A DNA stretch of 64,000 bases from Nitrospira sp. (GTDB taxonomy: Bacteria; Nitrospirota; Thermodesulfovibrionia; UBA6902): contig JADHUV010000001.1 of NCBI GenBank assembly GCA_016784355.1, positions 29,860 to 93,859 on the forward strand, read 5' to 3'. The notes beneath the pieces are model-generated. The model worked only from the letters and a program-made list of their open reading frames with translations, had not been told where the DNA came from and ran no database searches. Below, piece after piece: positions 44,011 to 53,963 of this stretch. Position 1 is the first letter of the stretch. Every line of letters starts with the position of its first letter. A program made the position numbers and the translations under genes.

Positions 44011-47000
44011 TTATCCTGATACCTCTATCTGTACAGAACTAATATAATTGCCGAGATTTAAATTAAGTTTTTTTATCTCTTCGGCATCATTGTTTTCAGC
44101 CGCAAGTTCTATTGCTGCCCCGATAGTGCCGATAGCGTAAAACCCATAACTGCCGCTCGTGCCCTTCATGCTGTGGCCAATCCTTTTTATCTCAGAGAAA
44201 TTAGCTTCTCTTAGAAGGTTGTCTATGCCCTCTACATCTCGTTGCCTGTTTTCAATGAATTCCGGCACAAGGTCTTCTATATCGGCATCAATGTATACCA
44301 TCTCAACAGCATTGTCCGGAGAGCTTGACTGAAGGTTTTCCTGCGGCAGGTATTTATTAATCAAATTAGCCAGAATTTCTCTGTCAAGGGGCTTTGCGAG
44401 GTAATCGCTGCATCCTGCCGAGATACACTTGCCGGCTTCTTTTGAGCCCTGGTGTGCGGTCATTGCAATAATGGGTGTGTCTTTATAATTTTCTATAGTT
44501 CTGATTTTTTTTGCGGTGGAGTAGCCATTTAGCACAGGCATCTCCATATCCATCAGGATCAGCGAGACCGTATTATTTATAACCGCCTTTAATGCCTCCT
44601 TGCCATTGCCTGCAAACAGCAGGTTGTAGTTTCCCTGACTTTGCAGATAGCGTTCTACCAGGAATCTGTTGTCGCTATTGTCATCCACAATGAGTATTAC
44701 GCTCCTCTTATCTGTCCATTTTCCTACGGCCTGCAGCAGGGTTTGTTTTCTGATCGGCTTGGTCAGGTAATCGTCCATACCGTGAGCAATACATTGTTCC
44801 CTGCAGCCCTTGATAGCATTTGCCGTGAGGGCCAATATGGGACATCGAGCGCTGCCTTTTTGCGCTTCAATCTCTCTGATAGTTTTCGTGGCCTCAAAGC
44901 CGTCCATTACAGGCATATTGATATCCATAAGAATTAAATCATAACAGACTTTCTGTATTGCCTCTACCGCCAGGGCGCCATTTTCAGCAATTTCAACATT
45001 ATAGCCGGCCTTTTCCAGAAGCCTGCCGGCATATTTTTGATTGTCAGGACTATCCTCAACTAAAAGGATAGTTTTCGAGTGAACCAGTTGTTTAGGGGCG
45101 GTATTGTTGTCTTTTTCAGCATGAAGGCTTTTTTCAGGATAGATGCGAAAGGCCTTGATGATGGCGCTCAGGAGGCCTGGCTGAGTTACGGGTTTCATTA
45201 CCAGGCCGGTTATTCCCAATTCTCTTTTTAACTCTGCATCAGCCTTACCCAAAGACGAGAGGATTATGATTCTTGTCTCATCATAGGTTTTCTCACGTCT
45301 GATTTTCCTTATCAGTTCAATAGTATTTACCCCGGATAACTGATAATCAATAATTAAAAGATTGTATTGTATGGGGGTGGATTGAATAAGATTAAAGGCC
45401 TCCTCGCTGCTGGTAGTTGTCTCTACATTTACCGCCCATGCGCTCATTGCTTTTTCAACGATCTGGCTGGCCGTATTTTTACTTTCCATGACAAGTACCC
45501 GGAGATTTTCAAGTTGCGGGTAGGAGGTTTTTCTTTTTCTGGCCCGTCTGTCTTCCTGGTACCTCATGTTAAGGTCGAAACTGAAGGTTGAGCCTTTGCC
45601 TGCCTCACTCTTAAGACCGAATGTTCCGCCCATCAGTTCTACAAGGGATTTGGATATATTCAGGCCTAGACCGGTGCCTTTATACTTTCTACTGGTAGAG
45701 GATTCTGCCTGGGTGAATTTTTCGAATATTTTTGACTGATGTTCACTGGCTATGCCAATGCCTGTGTCAGATACGCTGAAGTTAAGAGCAACTGTGCTGG
45801 TTTTGTCTTCATTGCAAGAGGGGCTCAGCTCAACATTTATAGTGACTTCACCAGATTCCGTAAATTTAATGCCGTTATCCATGAGGTTGATAAGTATCTG
45901 TCTGAGCCTGTCCGGATCCCCAATAATAACTGCGGGTACATCAGGAGCTACGTAATGGCTTATTTCCAGATCTTTCCCTTTTGCTCTTACGCTAAGTGCA
46001 ATAGTAACACCTTCTACAAGATCCTCAACATCAAATGGAATTTCTTCCAACTCTGTATTACCTGACTCAATTCTGGCTATATCAAGGATATCATTTATTA
46101 AAAAAAGCAGCGAGCGCGAGTTAGATTCAACGATTCTGAGGTAATCTCTCTGCTCTTCAGATAGTTCGGTATCCAGAGTCAGTTCTGTCATGCCGATAAT
46201 GGCATTCATAGGTGTTCGTATCTCATGACTCATTTGAGCCAGAAAGGCACTCTTTGTTTCCGAGGCCTCTTCAGCCGTCTTTCTGGCCTTCTGTAGTTCC
46301 TCATCGTTTTTGATAAGGACTGAGATATCATGAAATGAGACGACTGCGCCATTTACCGTGTCTTCTTCCATTATGGGTCTGGCAATACAGGAGACAGGAA
46401 AAAATGAGCCATCACTACGCAGAAAGGTATCTTTTATGTTTTCATAAGGTTGTCCGGTGTGCAGTACCTCACAGAACTGGTGTTCTTTAAGATCCGTATC
46501 AGCTGTAATATTTTTTTCAGGTTTTTGCAGGAACTCCTCTATGTTCCGGTTTATTATCTCATTTTCAGGCCATCCGAGCAGCTTGGCACCTTCGGGGTTT
46601 ATAAAGGTGACCCTGCCATCACGGTCTAGACCTAATAATCCTTCGCCCAGACTGCTAAGCGTTACAGCAAGGCGGTCTTTTTCTTTTTTGATCTTTTCCT
46701 TCAGAGCGGCCTCGGCCCTTCCTGTTGTCAGGTGTATAAGCAATAGACCAGTAAGAAGAAATGCCTCAAGTACATATAGGATAACCTGTGAGATCATTAC
46801 GATATTATGAAGGGTATCCCGTCGGATATTTACATTGGCATAAACCTCCAGAGAGCCGATGAACTTCCCCTTATGTACAAGCGGTATATAGCTCTGTACT
46901 GTTTCTGTCTTGGATATCGTACCATTGACTGCTCCGGTTTCTCCCCAGACCAGTCTTGCTTTAGGCTTTTCTCTCAGACTGTTTTCTATTATGTAATTTT

Positions 47001-47334
47001 CCTCCCGATGGAGTCCTATATCAGCTGGATTTGAGGAATATAAAACTAGTCCATCACGGGAAAGTACCTGCAGTTTATTTATCTCATAGTCCTTTCTCAT
47101 TAGGCGTTCTCTTTGTATAAACTCAGGGGTAAAGAGATCGGCATTAAGCACAGACAGGTCATTGAAAAACAGGTCTGTGAGATGCTTTCCAAAATGCATA
47201 GTGTCCTTGGTTACGTCCTTGACCACGATATCATTAAATAACGGATATGCCATTTTCTTGGTTATGATTGGAAAGAGTACGGAGGTTGCTACCAACAGCA
47301 GCAGTACGCTTATTATGAATTTATTTCTGAACAT
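44011..47334 (-). CDS. Hybrid sensor histidine kinase with extracytoplasmic sensor, PAS, HisKA, HATPase, three receiver domains and a C-terminal HPt
   Basis: 1107 aa. Motifs: H-box MSHEIRTPMNAIIGM, INLMDNGIKFT, DTGIGI and GTGLGLNIS. Receiver 1 is atypical (VMESKN ... LIIDYQL). Receivers 2 and 3 are canonical (LLVEDSPDN..LILMDINMPVMDG; LIVDDNSDN..LILMDMEMPVLNG). The HPt reads HSMKGTSGSYG. Confidence 0.9.
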   Translation of the reverse strand: MFRNKFIISVLLLLVATSVLFPIITKKMAYPLFNDIVVKDVTKDTMHFGKHLTDLFFNDLSVLNADLFTPEFIQRERLMRKDYEINKLQVLSRDGLVLYSSNPADIGLHREENYIIENSLREKPKARLVWGETGAVNGTISKTETVQSYIPLVHKGKFIGSLEVYANVNIRRDTLHNIVMISQVILYVLEAFLLTGLLLIHLTTGRAEAALKEKIKKEKDRLAVTLSSLGEGLLGLDRDGRVTFINPEGAKLLGWPENEIINRNIEEFLQKPEKNITADTDLKEHQFCEVLHTGQPYENIKDTFLRSDGSFFPVSCIARPIMEEDTVNGAVVSFHDISVLIKNDEELQKARKTAEEASETKSAFLAQMSHEIRTPMNAIIGMTELTLDTELSEEQRDYLRIVESNSRSLLFLINDILDIARIESGNTELEEIPFDVEDLVEGVTIALSVRAKGKDLEISHYVAPDVPAVIIGDPDRLRQILINLMDNGIKFTESGEVTINVELSPSCNEDKTSTVALNFSVSDTGIGIASEHQSKIFEKFTQAESSTSRKYKGTGLGLNISKSLVELMGGTFGLKSEAGKGSTFSFDLNMRYQEDRRARKRKTSYPQLENLRVLVMESKNTASQIVEKAMSAWAVNVETTTSSEEAFNLIQSTPIQYNLLIIDYQLSGVNTIELIRKIRREKTYDETRIIILSSLGKADAELKRELGITGLVMKPVTQPGLLSAIIKAFRIYPEKSLHAEKDNNTAPKQLVHSKTILLVEDSPDNQKYAGRLLEKAGYNVEIAENGALAVEAIQKVCYDLILMDINMPVMDGFEATKTIREIEAQKGSARCPILALTANAIKGCREQCIAHGMDDYLTKPIRKQTLLQAVGKWTDKRSVILIVDDNSDNRFLVERYLQSQGNYNLLFAGNGKEALKAVINNTVSLILMDMEMPVLNGYSTAKKIRTIENYKDTPIIAMTAHQGSKEAGKCISAGCSDYLAKPLDREILANLINKYLPQENLQSSSPDNAVEMVYIDADIEDLVPEFIENRQRDVEGIDNLLREANFSEIKRIGHSMKGTSGSYGFYAIGTIGAAIELAAENNDAEEIKKLNLNLGNYISSVQIEVSG

Positions 47335-47616
47335 TATTCTGTCTAAGGTCTCTGGCAGTAATTATTTTATTAAAGGAAATCATATAATCAGGCATGGCTC
47401 CGCCCGCTCAATTACAGTTGCTAAGGCTCATTAATACGCAGTCAAATGATCTATTACTATATATATCAACAAGTGACAGCTTAATATTCGGCATGCAGAC
47501 GTGTTTACTTTAAGGCGATTGGTAGTTATCCATCGGGAGAGATTGCTTTGCCTAAAGAGTATTTTAATCGGGCATTCATTTGATAGAGTGATTCTGAATA
47601 TGTAGAATAAACCAAT

Positions 47617-48162
47617 ATGAATGTGAATCCCGGCGATATTTCTATGAACACACAGGTGATGGTTTCTGCAGAGATCGCGGATTGGAGTCGCGAAGAGGTT
47701 GCTCTTTTCCGGTATGATCCGTCCAGACAGCTTTTGCGAACTATCCGGGCCTATGCAAGATTAAGCAAAGAAAAGGATATCCTTTCTAATCTGAGGCGAA
47801 AACTTGTCGTGCTGATATACCGGTTTTGGTCGGTGATCACTGGAGCGGATATTCCGCTCGGGACTGAAATAGGCGGCGGGCTGCTCATCCCTCATCCCAA
47901 TGGCATAGTCATGCATCCTGATGCAGTTATCGGCCCTAATTGTCTGATTTTTCAGGGGGTAACAATTGGAACCGGGGGCAAACTTCCGGGGCTGCCTGTA
48001 ATTGGCGGTCATGTGGACATTGGTTCGGGCGCAAAAATTCTGGGAGGGGTAACAATAGGTGATCATGCAAAGATTGGTGCTAATGCGGTGGTGCTGTGTG
48101 ATGTTCCTGGCGGGGCAACAGCGGTTGGGGTGCCCGCGAGTATTTTAGATATTTCTGAATAA
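47617..48162 (+). CDS. Serine O-acetyltransferase-family (CysE/EpsC-like) hexapeptide acyltransferase
   Basis: 181 aa. The segment GTEIGGGLLIPHPNGIVMHPDAVIGPNCLIFQGVTIG...IGGHVDIGSGAKILGGVTIGDHAKIGANAVVLCDVP matches the SAT catalytic and LbH core. Confidence 0.8.
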   Translation: MNVNPGDISMNTQVMVSAEIADWSREEVALFRYDPSRQLLRTIRAYARLSKEKDILSNLRRKLVVLIYRFWSVITGADIPLGTEIGGGLLIPHPNGIVMHPDAVIGPNCLIFQGVTIGTGGKLPGLPVIGGHVDIGSGAKILGGVTIGDHAKIGANAVVLCDVPGGATAVGVPASILDISE

Positions 48163-48186
48163 TGGCTGTTACATTGAGCTGATAAT

Positions 48187-48217
48187 AAAAAAAGCCCGGT
48201 TTAATTCCCGGGCTTTT
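48187..48217. terminator. Bidirectional intrinsic terminator between convergent genes
   Basis: An A-run, AGCCCGG, an 8-nt loop, CCGGGCT, then TTTT. This 7-bp GC-rich stem is flanked by A and T tracts, so it can terminate transcription from both strands. Confidence 0.6.
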
Positions 48218-48247
48218 CATATTTAATTGAATCTGAATCTGTCTGGC

Positions 48248-49186
48248 TTAGCCGGCAGCTTCATCCTTTAAAAGTCTCTCCCACTGAGCATCAACATATT
48301 CCTGTGCCTGTACGAGCATCCACTCGTTTTCAGGTGCGAACATGTGCTTGAATCTACCCTGCGGTTTTAAAAAGTCTACAAGAGGCTTCTTTTCTTTTGG
48401 CTTTGAGGTGATCTTGGTTACACCATTTTCAATCTCAAACAGCGGCCAGTAGCAGGTCTCAAAAGCGATCTTTGCAAGAGTAATGGCATCATCGGTTTTA
48501 GTTCTCCAGCCGCGGTTACACGGGGCAATCACGTTGAGGAACTTAGGTCCTTTTATCTCAAATGCCTTCTGAACTTTTTTCATCAGATCCATCCAGTTAG
48601 CCGGTGAGGCCTGGGCAACATATGGAATACCATGTGCAGCCATGATCCTTGTAAGATCTTTTCTGTGCTGCAGCTTTCCGGGAATGGCATCTCCGGCAGG
48701 GCAGGTTGTAGTGTTTGCACCGAAAGGTGTAGCACTAGAACGCTGGATACCGGTGTTCATGTAAGCACCATTGTCATAACATATATACATCATGTCATGA
48801 CCGCGCTCCATTGCGCCTGAAAGGCTCTGAAATCCGATATCATAGGTTCCGCCGTCTCCGGCAAAAGATACGAATTTTACGTTTTGCTCTTCAATTTTCC
48901 CCTGCTTTACGAGGGAGCGGTACATGGTCTCAACGCCTGAGATGGTGGCAGCTGCGTTTTCAAAGGCGCTGTGAATCCATGGAATCTTCCATGCAGTAAA
49001 CTGCTGTATGCAAGAAGATACCTCAAGGCAGCCTGTTGCGTTAGATGCAATGATCGGGTAGTCAGTTGCCATGAGCACCTGCTTTACCACTATGGGTGCT
49101 CCGCAGCCGGCGCACATTCTGTGACCGTGCGCAAACCTGTCTTCTCCCTTTGCAAGCTCTTTTAATCTGAGTGGTTTAGTCGTCAT
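48248..49186 (-). CDS. porB: Pyruvate/2-oxoacid:ferredoxin oxidoreductase, beta (TPP-binding) subunit
   Basis: 312 aa with CAGCGAP near the N-terminus and the TPP motif SFAGDGGTYDIG...NGAYMNTG. Substrate specificity (pyruvate versus another 2-oxoacid) is not resolvable by eye. Confidence 0.85.
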   Translation of the reverse strand: MTTKPLRLKELAKGEDRFAHGHRMCAGCGAPIVVKQVLMATDYPIIASNATGCLEVSSCIQQFTAWKIPWIHSAFENAAATISGVETMYRSLVKQGKIEEQNVKFVSFAGDGGTYDIGFQSLSGAMERGHDMMYICYDNGAYMNTGIQRSSATPFGANTTTCPAGDAIPGKLQHRKDLTRIMAAHGIPYVAQASPANWMDLMKKVQKAFEIKGPKFLNVIAPCNRGWRTKTDDAITLAKIAFETCYWPLFEIENGVTKITSKPKEKKPLVDFLKPQGRFKHMFAPENEWMLVQAQEYVDAQWERLLKDEAAG

Positions 49187-49236
49187 AATTTATATCTCCT
49201 AATAAGCTTTCAGCCGTAGGGCATAAGCTGTCAGTT

Positions 49237-50415
49237 TTATTCTCTAACTCCGATGTACTCTTTCACTGTCTTAACTTTGCCGGATTTTGCTATCTCTATT
49301 AATTCATCAATGACATATTCTGCCTGATCGGGAAGATAGTCTCTTCCGCCCAGTCCGAAGATCTTGTTTGTGACTGCAGGTTTTGAATCCATCTGCATCA
49401 CACAGGCTGCGATCTCAGAATAGAGTGGTCCCATTCCGCCGAAAGAATCAGCCCGGTCAAGCACTGCTATGGCTTTAACGTGCTTTAGTGCTTCTGCAAT
49501 CTCTGTGAAAGGAAAAGGTCTGAACATTCTTGGCTTAAGAAGCCCGATCTTTACGCCTTTTTCCCTGTACTGATCAATAATATCTTTGGTAGTACCTGCA
49601 GCAGAACTCATAACAACGATTGCAATCTCTGCATCTTCCAGTCTGTATTTCTCAAAAAGGTTGTACTCTCTACCTGTCATTTTTGCGAATTCCGCAGATA
49701 CTGTCTCGATAACCGCAGGAACCTTTGTCATTACCTCATGCTGTGCACGTTTGTACTCGTGATACAGATCTGTAAGGATCAGAGGGCCGTAGCTCTTCGG
49801 ATTTTCCAGATCAAGCAGGGGGTGTACCGCCTCAAATTTACCTACAAAGTTCTTCACATCTGCGTCATCAACATACTCAACACGCTCGATGGAGTGACTG
49901 ACGATAAAACCGTCCATGCAGACCATGATCGGAAGTCTGACATCCAGGTGTTCTGCGATTCTGAAGGCCATGATCGTGTTGTCGTAGGCTTCCTGTGCGT
50001 TTTCAGAATACAACTGGATCCAGCCTGTGTCCCTTGCACCCATACCGTCTGAGTGATCTCCGTGTATGTTAAGAGGTGCTGAAAGTGCCCTGTTAACAAG
50101 CGGCATTACGATCGGAAGCCTTGTTCCTGCAGCTATGTAGAGCATTTCCCACATAAGGGCCAGACCCTGAGACGAAGTCGCTGTTGCGACTCTGCCGCCT
50201 GCTGCTGCTGCGCCGATACACGCGCTCATCGCACTATGTTCACTTTCTACCAGAATAAGTTCAGTATCAACCTTGCCGTCATTGACGTAGCCTGAAAACC
50301 TCTGCATCAGATCGGTTGCCGGTGTGATCGGGTATGCTGCGCATACGTCCGGATTGATCTGTCTAAGGGCCAGCGCGCATGCTTCATTTCCTGTGACTGC
50401 TACTATTTTGCCCAT
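49237..50415 (-). CDS. porA: Pyruvate/2-oxoacid:ferredoxin oxidoreductase, alpha subunit
   Basis: 392 aa with the typical N-terminus GNEACALALRQINPDVCAAYPITPATD. It has the size and operon position expected of an alpha subunit. Confidence 0.85.
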   Translation of the reverse strand: MGKIVAVTGNEACALALRQINPDVCAAYPITPATDLMQRFSGYVNDGKVDTELILVESEHSAMSACIGAAAAGGRVATATSSQGLALMWEMLYIAAGTRLPIVMPLVNRALSAPLNIHGDHSDGMGARDTGWIQLYSENAQEAYDNTIMAFRIAEHLDVRLPIMVCMDGFIVSHSIERVEYVDDADVKNFVGKFEAVHPLLDLENPKSYGPLILTDLYHEYKRAQHEVMTKVPAVIETVSAEFAKMTGREYNLFEKYRLEDAEIAIVVMSSAAGTTKDIIDQYREKGVKIGLLKPRMFRPFPFTEIAEALKHVKAIAVLDRADSFGGMGPLYSEIAACVMQMDSKPAVTNKIFGLGGRDYLPDQAEYVIDELIEIAKSGKVKTVKEYIGVRE

Positions 50416-50711
50416 TAGTTTCCCTCCCCTTCCATAACTATTGCCTTATTGCCCTTTTTACCGGGGCACTCAAGGGCACATATTCCACAGCCCTTGCAGT
50501 ATTCAAAATCAAAATCAGCTCTCTTGCCCTCTTCTGTCACTTTTACGGACATATCAGGGCAGTACATCCAGCAGAACATACACTGAATACAGTTTTCTTC
50601 TATCCATCTTGGTCTCATTGACCGCCAGCTACCCGTCTTGAATTTTGCTGAACTCCCTGCTTCAAGGACGACGGATCCCTGAGGAAGTTCTTCCCAGAAT
50701 TTTTTACTCAT
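50415..50711 (-). CDS. porD: Pyruvate/2-oxoacid:ferredoxin oxidoreductase, delta subunit (2x[4Fe-4S] ferredoxin)
   Basis: 98 aa with two cluster motifs, CIQCMFCWMYCP and CKGCGICALECP. Confidence 0.9.
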   Translation of the reverse strand: MSKKFWEELPQGSVVLEAGSSAKFKTGSWRSMRPRWIEENCIQCMFCWMYCPDMSVKVTEEGKRADFDFEYCKGCGICALECPGKKGNKAIVMEGEGN

Positions 50712-51283
50712 CCTTCCTTTACCTCCTCGAATCCGCGCTTTGTGGCATTGGTATTGCCATCAATGATTTTTTGCGCAAATTTCTTGCCGAAGCTCTTGAC
50801 TACATTTTCAACCATTGTATCCATGGTTACGACATTGGTTGCCTTGCAGACAGCGCCGAGCATGGATGAATTAGGCATGGGCCTTCCGAAGCTCTCTATT
50901 GCGATCTTGGAAGCATCTACTGTAAATACCTTCTGAGAGTCCTTTGCCTTGAGTTTTTCTCTTATTTCTTTTGGTTCTTTGGATGTGTTTACGAGATAGA
51001 TTGCGTCATCTGGCGCACCCTCGCTGACATTGACTGCATCCATCAGGGTTGCATCAGCGATGCAGATAACCTGGGGTTTCAGCACAGGACCATACATCCG
51101 GATAACACTTTCACTGATCCGGTTAAAGGCCCTGATCGGCGCTCCTGCTCTTTCGGGGCCATACTCAGGGAATGCCTGAACATATCCTCCACCGCTCAGA
51201 CATGCGTCTGCAAGGACCTTGGCTGCAGTAACAGTACCCTGTCCACCGCGGCCATGCCAGCGAATTTCGATTGCTTTTGCCAT
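50708..51283 (-). CDS. porG: Pyruvate/2-oxoacid:ferredoxin oxidoreductase, gamma subunit
   Basis: 191 aa with IRWHGRGGQGTVTAAKVLA, typical of gamma subunits. It is the first gene of the G-D-A-B operon, which has overlapping junctions. Confidence 0.85.
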   Translation of the reverse strand: MAKAIEIRWHGRGGQGTVTAAKVLADACLSGGGYVQAFPEYGPERAGAPIRAFNRISESVIRMYGPVLKPQVICIADATLMDAVNVSEGAPDDAIYLVNTSKEPKEIREKLKAKDSQKVFTVDASKIAIESFGRPMPNSSMLGAVCKATNVVTMDTMVENVVKSFGKKFAQKIIDGNTNATKRGFEEVKEG

Positions 51284-51502
51284 TGTTTTTCCTCCGAAAT
51301 GCTTCTATATTATAGTATTTGCCTTGAGGCAGCGAGGTATAATATAGCCTATATAAAGATTTATTTTCAAGCGTAGAAGTGCCTTTATGAGGTTTCGGTC
51401 AGCCTGAAAGCATGGGTTTGCCGGGCCGGATTGTTGTTGTAAAAACGGATTATCAATTCCCATAAAACAGGCGCAATGAGTGTTTAGGCGAAGTCTGTAA
51501 TT

Positions 51503-53470
51503 TTATTGGTCTGTTTCAATCGAAACAAAGCGGGCAATATTGCGGGACAGTTCAATACGGTTGTGAATTGACTGCATAATCTTAAGGTATAAATTTTCTT
51601 TAAGAACTTTATCTTCAACACCGGCATCAATCGTAGGGTTATCGTTTACTTCAATAATGTATGCTTTGCCATTAATCGTTTTCAGGTCAACCCCATATAA
51701 CCCGTCACCCATAAGGGCCGTTGCTTTCAGTGCCGCTTTAATAACAGACGCGGGAACATCTTCAACTAACATGGTTTCGACCATGCCGAAATCGTCCTCT
51801 ATATTGCTTTCCCAATTTACAATCTGCCAGTGATCTTTTGCCATGAAATATTTGCAGGCATAAAGGGGTTTCTGGTCAAGAATGCCGATCCGCCAATCAT
51901 ATTCCGAGGGTAAAAACTCCTGTGCTATTATCAGATCCGATTTTTTAAAAAGCCGGTTTAAAGACTCCATCATCTCTTCAGAATTTGTCACTTTGGTTAC
52001 ACCCAGCGAAAAAGCACTGTCAGGCTGTTTCAAAACCAGAGGATAGGTTATATTGTCGATAGAGTGATTTTTAATGCTATCGCGCGATAGAATCCATGTT
52101 TTAGGGGTTGAAATTTTATTCTGGCGCATACATTCATCCAAAAATATTTTATTTGAACAACGCAATATTGACCAGGGGTCGTCAATTACCACTAGTCCTT
52201 CTGCATAAGCAGTGCGCGAGAAATGGTACGTGTAATCATTCACATTGGTGGTTTCGCGTATAAACAGCGCATCAAACTCACTTAAACGATCGTAATCGTC
52301 TTTCGTTATAAATTCAGTATAAAAGCCGATCTTTTTAGCTGCGTTTTTAAAATTCTGAAGCGCCTGAGGGTTCGATGGCGGGTGTTTTTCATCGGGATTT
52401 ATCAGGATAGCCAGATCGTATTTATAAGGATAGAAACGCTGCCGCTGAAATCTTTTACGCTTGAAATAATCTAGGGCAAAATGCTGGATGCGTTCAAAAT
52501 CTCTGCTGTCAATCTTATCCATGCTCAACGGACTGACTTTTTGTATTAGCCACCTGTCAGTCTTATTGAATTGAACATTGATAAGCGGCGTTTCAAACAA
52601 CCGGTAAAGATGCTGTCCCAATTGTCGATAGGTTCTATCAATGGTTTGACCGAAATAGATATTAAAACTGAGCTGGTTATGCGGATGTTTTTCCAGTGTT
52701 TTCTGTAATAGATCATCAATATCCTGGGCAACCGTTCGTATAATGGAAACATTCCTGAAATCACGAATGGTTGTTACATTGGGGATAGATCTGTGTTCCC
52801 GGGCTGACGCCAGCAGAGAAACATAATATCCGGTGCTCTGGTAGCGGTATGAACTGGACAAATTGAAAACGCGGGCATTCTTCATCGTTTGAAACTCTGG
52901 ATCAGAGAGGTACGCCTTGGATGAAATTACCCGAATTCCTTCAAGTTCCAGCTTCCATTTTTTTGGATTGTCGACCACAATTAAGTTGGAAATGGTATTT
53001 TTTTCTTTGGGGTCACACAGGTGTAATACCATCTTCTGGGCATGAATCCCGTCTGCATAGTAGTTTGGCAATTCTTCTGTGATAATAAAGCCCGCTTTTT
53101 GATACCATTCAATTAGCTTTTCATCGGTTTTCAGGGCTTCCAGTGACAGTTTTTCAAAACCTTTTGACAAGGCAATTTTTTTTACGTTCGACAGTAAAGT
53201 ATCTCCTGCTCCGAGTTTCTGAAACTCAGGTAACACTCCAATAGAATAGATGCGAAGGGTACGTTGATATAAATTTAGTATTAATGTTCCAACCTTGGTT
53301 ATTTCATTTTTTTCTTTAAATTCACATATAAAGACCATTTGAAATGGACTTGTCAGGCTATTGCGCAGCGAGCGGCGTGAACTTTGCTGGAATTTAGGGA
53401 AACAGATATGTTCTATCCGTTCTAAAAAAAATAAATCAGGGGGTGCTGCTTTTCTTACAGTTAAATTCAT
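51503..53470 (-). CDS. Three-part protein: GNAT acetyltransferase + RimK-associated N-terminal (RLAN-like) region + RimK-type ATP-grasp ligase
   Basis: 655 aa. The GNAT motif is VLPEFQKLGAGDTLL. The C-terminal ATP-grasp has YPLVLKQPDSAFSLGV, IAQEFLPSEYDWRIGIL and YGVDLKTINGKAYIIEVNDNP. Confidence 0.75.
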   Translation of the reverse strand: MNLTVRKAAPPDLFFLERIEHICFPKFQQSSRRSLRNSLTSPFQMVFICEFKEKNEITKVGTLILNLYQRTLRIYSIGVLPEFQKLGAGDTLLSNVKKIALSKGFEKLSLEALKTDEKLIEWYQKAGFIITEELPNYYADGIHAQKMVLHLCDPKEKNTISNLIVVDNPKKWKLELEGIRVISSKAYLSDPEFQTMKNARVFNLSSSYRYQSTGYYVSLLASAREHRSIPNVTTIRDFRNVSIIRTVAQDIDDLLQKTLEKHPHNQLSFNIYFGQTIDRTYRQLGQHLYRLFETPLINVQFNKTDRWLIQKVSPLSMDKIDSRDFERIQHFALDYFKRKRFQRQRFYPYKYDLAILINPDEKHPPSNPQALQNFKNAAKKIGFYTEFITKDDYDRLSEFDALFIRETTNVNDYTYHFSRTAYAEGLVVIDDPWSILRCSNKIFLDECMRQNKISTPKTWILSRDSIKNHSIDNITYPLVLKQPDSAFSLGVTKVTNSEEMMESLNRLFKKSDLIIAQEFLPSEYDWRIGILDQKPLYACKYFMAKDHWQIVNWESNIEDDFGMVETMLVEDVPASVIKAALKATALMGDGLYGVDLKTINGKAYIIEVNDNPTIDAGVEDKVLKENLYLKIMQSIHNRIELSRNIARFVSIETDQ

Positions 53471-53963
53471 GGGAAATTCAGTTTAGTAAAAGTTGAATTA
53501 AATTTATATTATTTTAATAAGTTAACATTTTAGATTAATAAAAAATATGCTGCTTAATGCAGGGCTGAATAATTGACTTAAGTCAGGTTGAAAGATATAT
53601 TTTTATTTGGCCTGAATGGTAATTTTTTTGTGCAAGTATATGATATATCAGTCAAAATTAGGTTTTATTCAGAAAGTCAGGAGAGTCCAGCATGTGGGAT
53701 TTCATATAATCATTCTCAAAGATTCCAGCAGATTTATTAAAAACGGTTCGAATAATGCCATTTTTTTCTGACCAATCATAATGGGCATAATTAAATAAGC
53801 CTGATCTGCCCTGCTAAAAAACTGGTAATGCAGTATTGAAGTTGCGTATGGTAGTATAAAAAGTCTTTATATTCAAGTACTATCAATCATATCCCGTATT
53901 GGAGTAAGGGTGTAAATGCGGCACATGCCGGAAGTCTTCATAATTTTAAGGAGTATGTAGGAG

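Noticed and set aside
53471-53963. A 493-bp AT-rich intergenic region between divergent genes, inspected for an sRNA, riboswitch or small protein gene.
   Set aside because: Only trivial ORFs of 19 codons or fewer are present, with no conserved-looking stem-loop architecture or terminator. It most likely holds just two divergent promoter regions.
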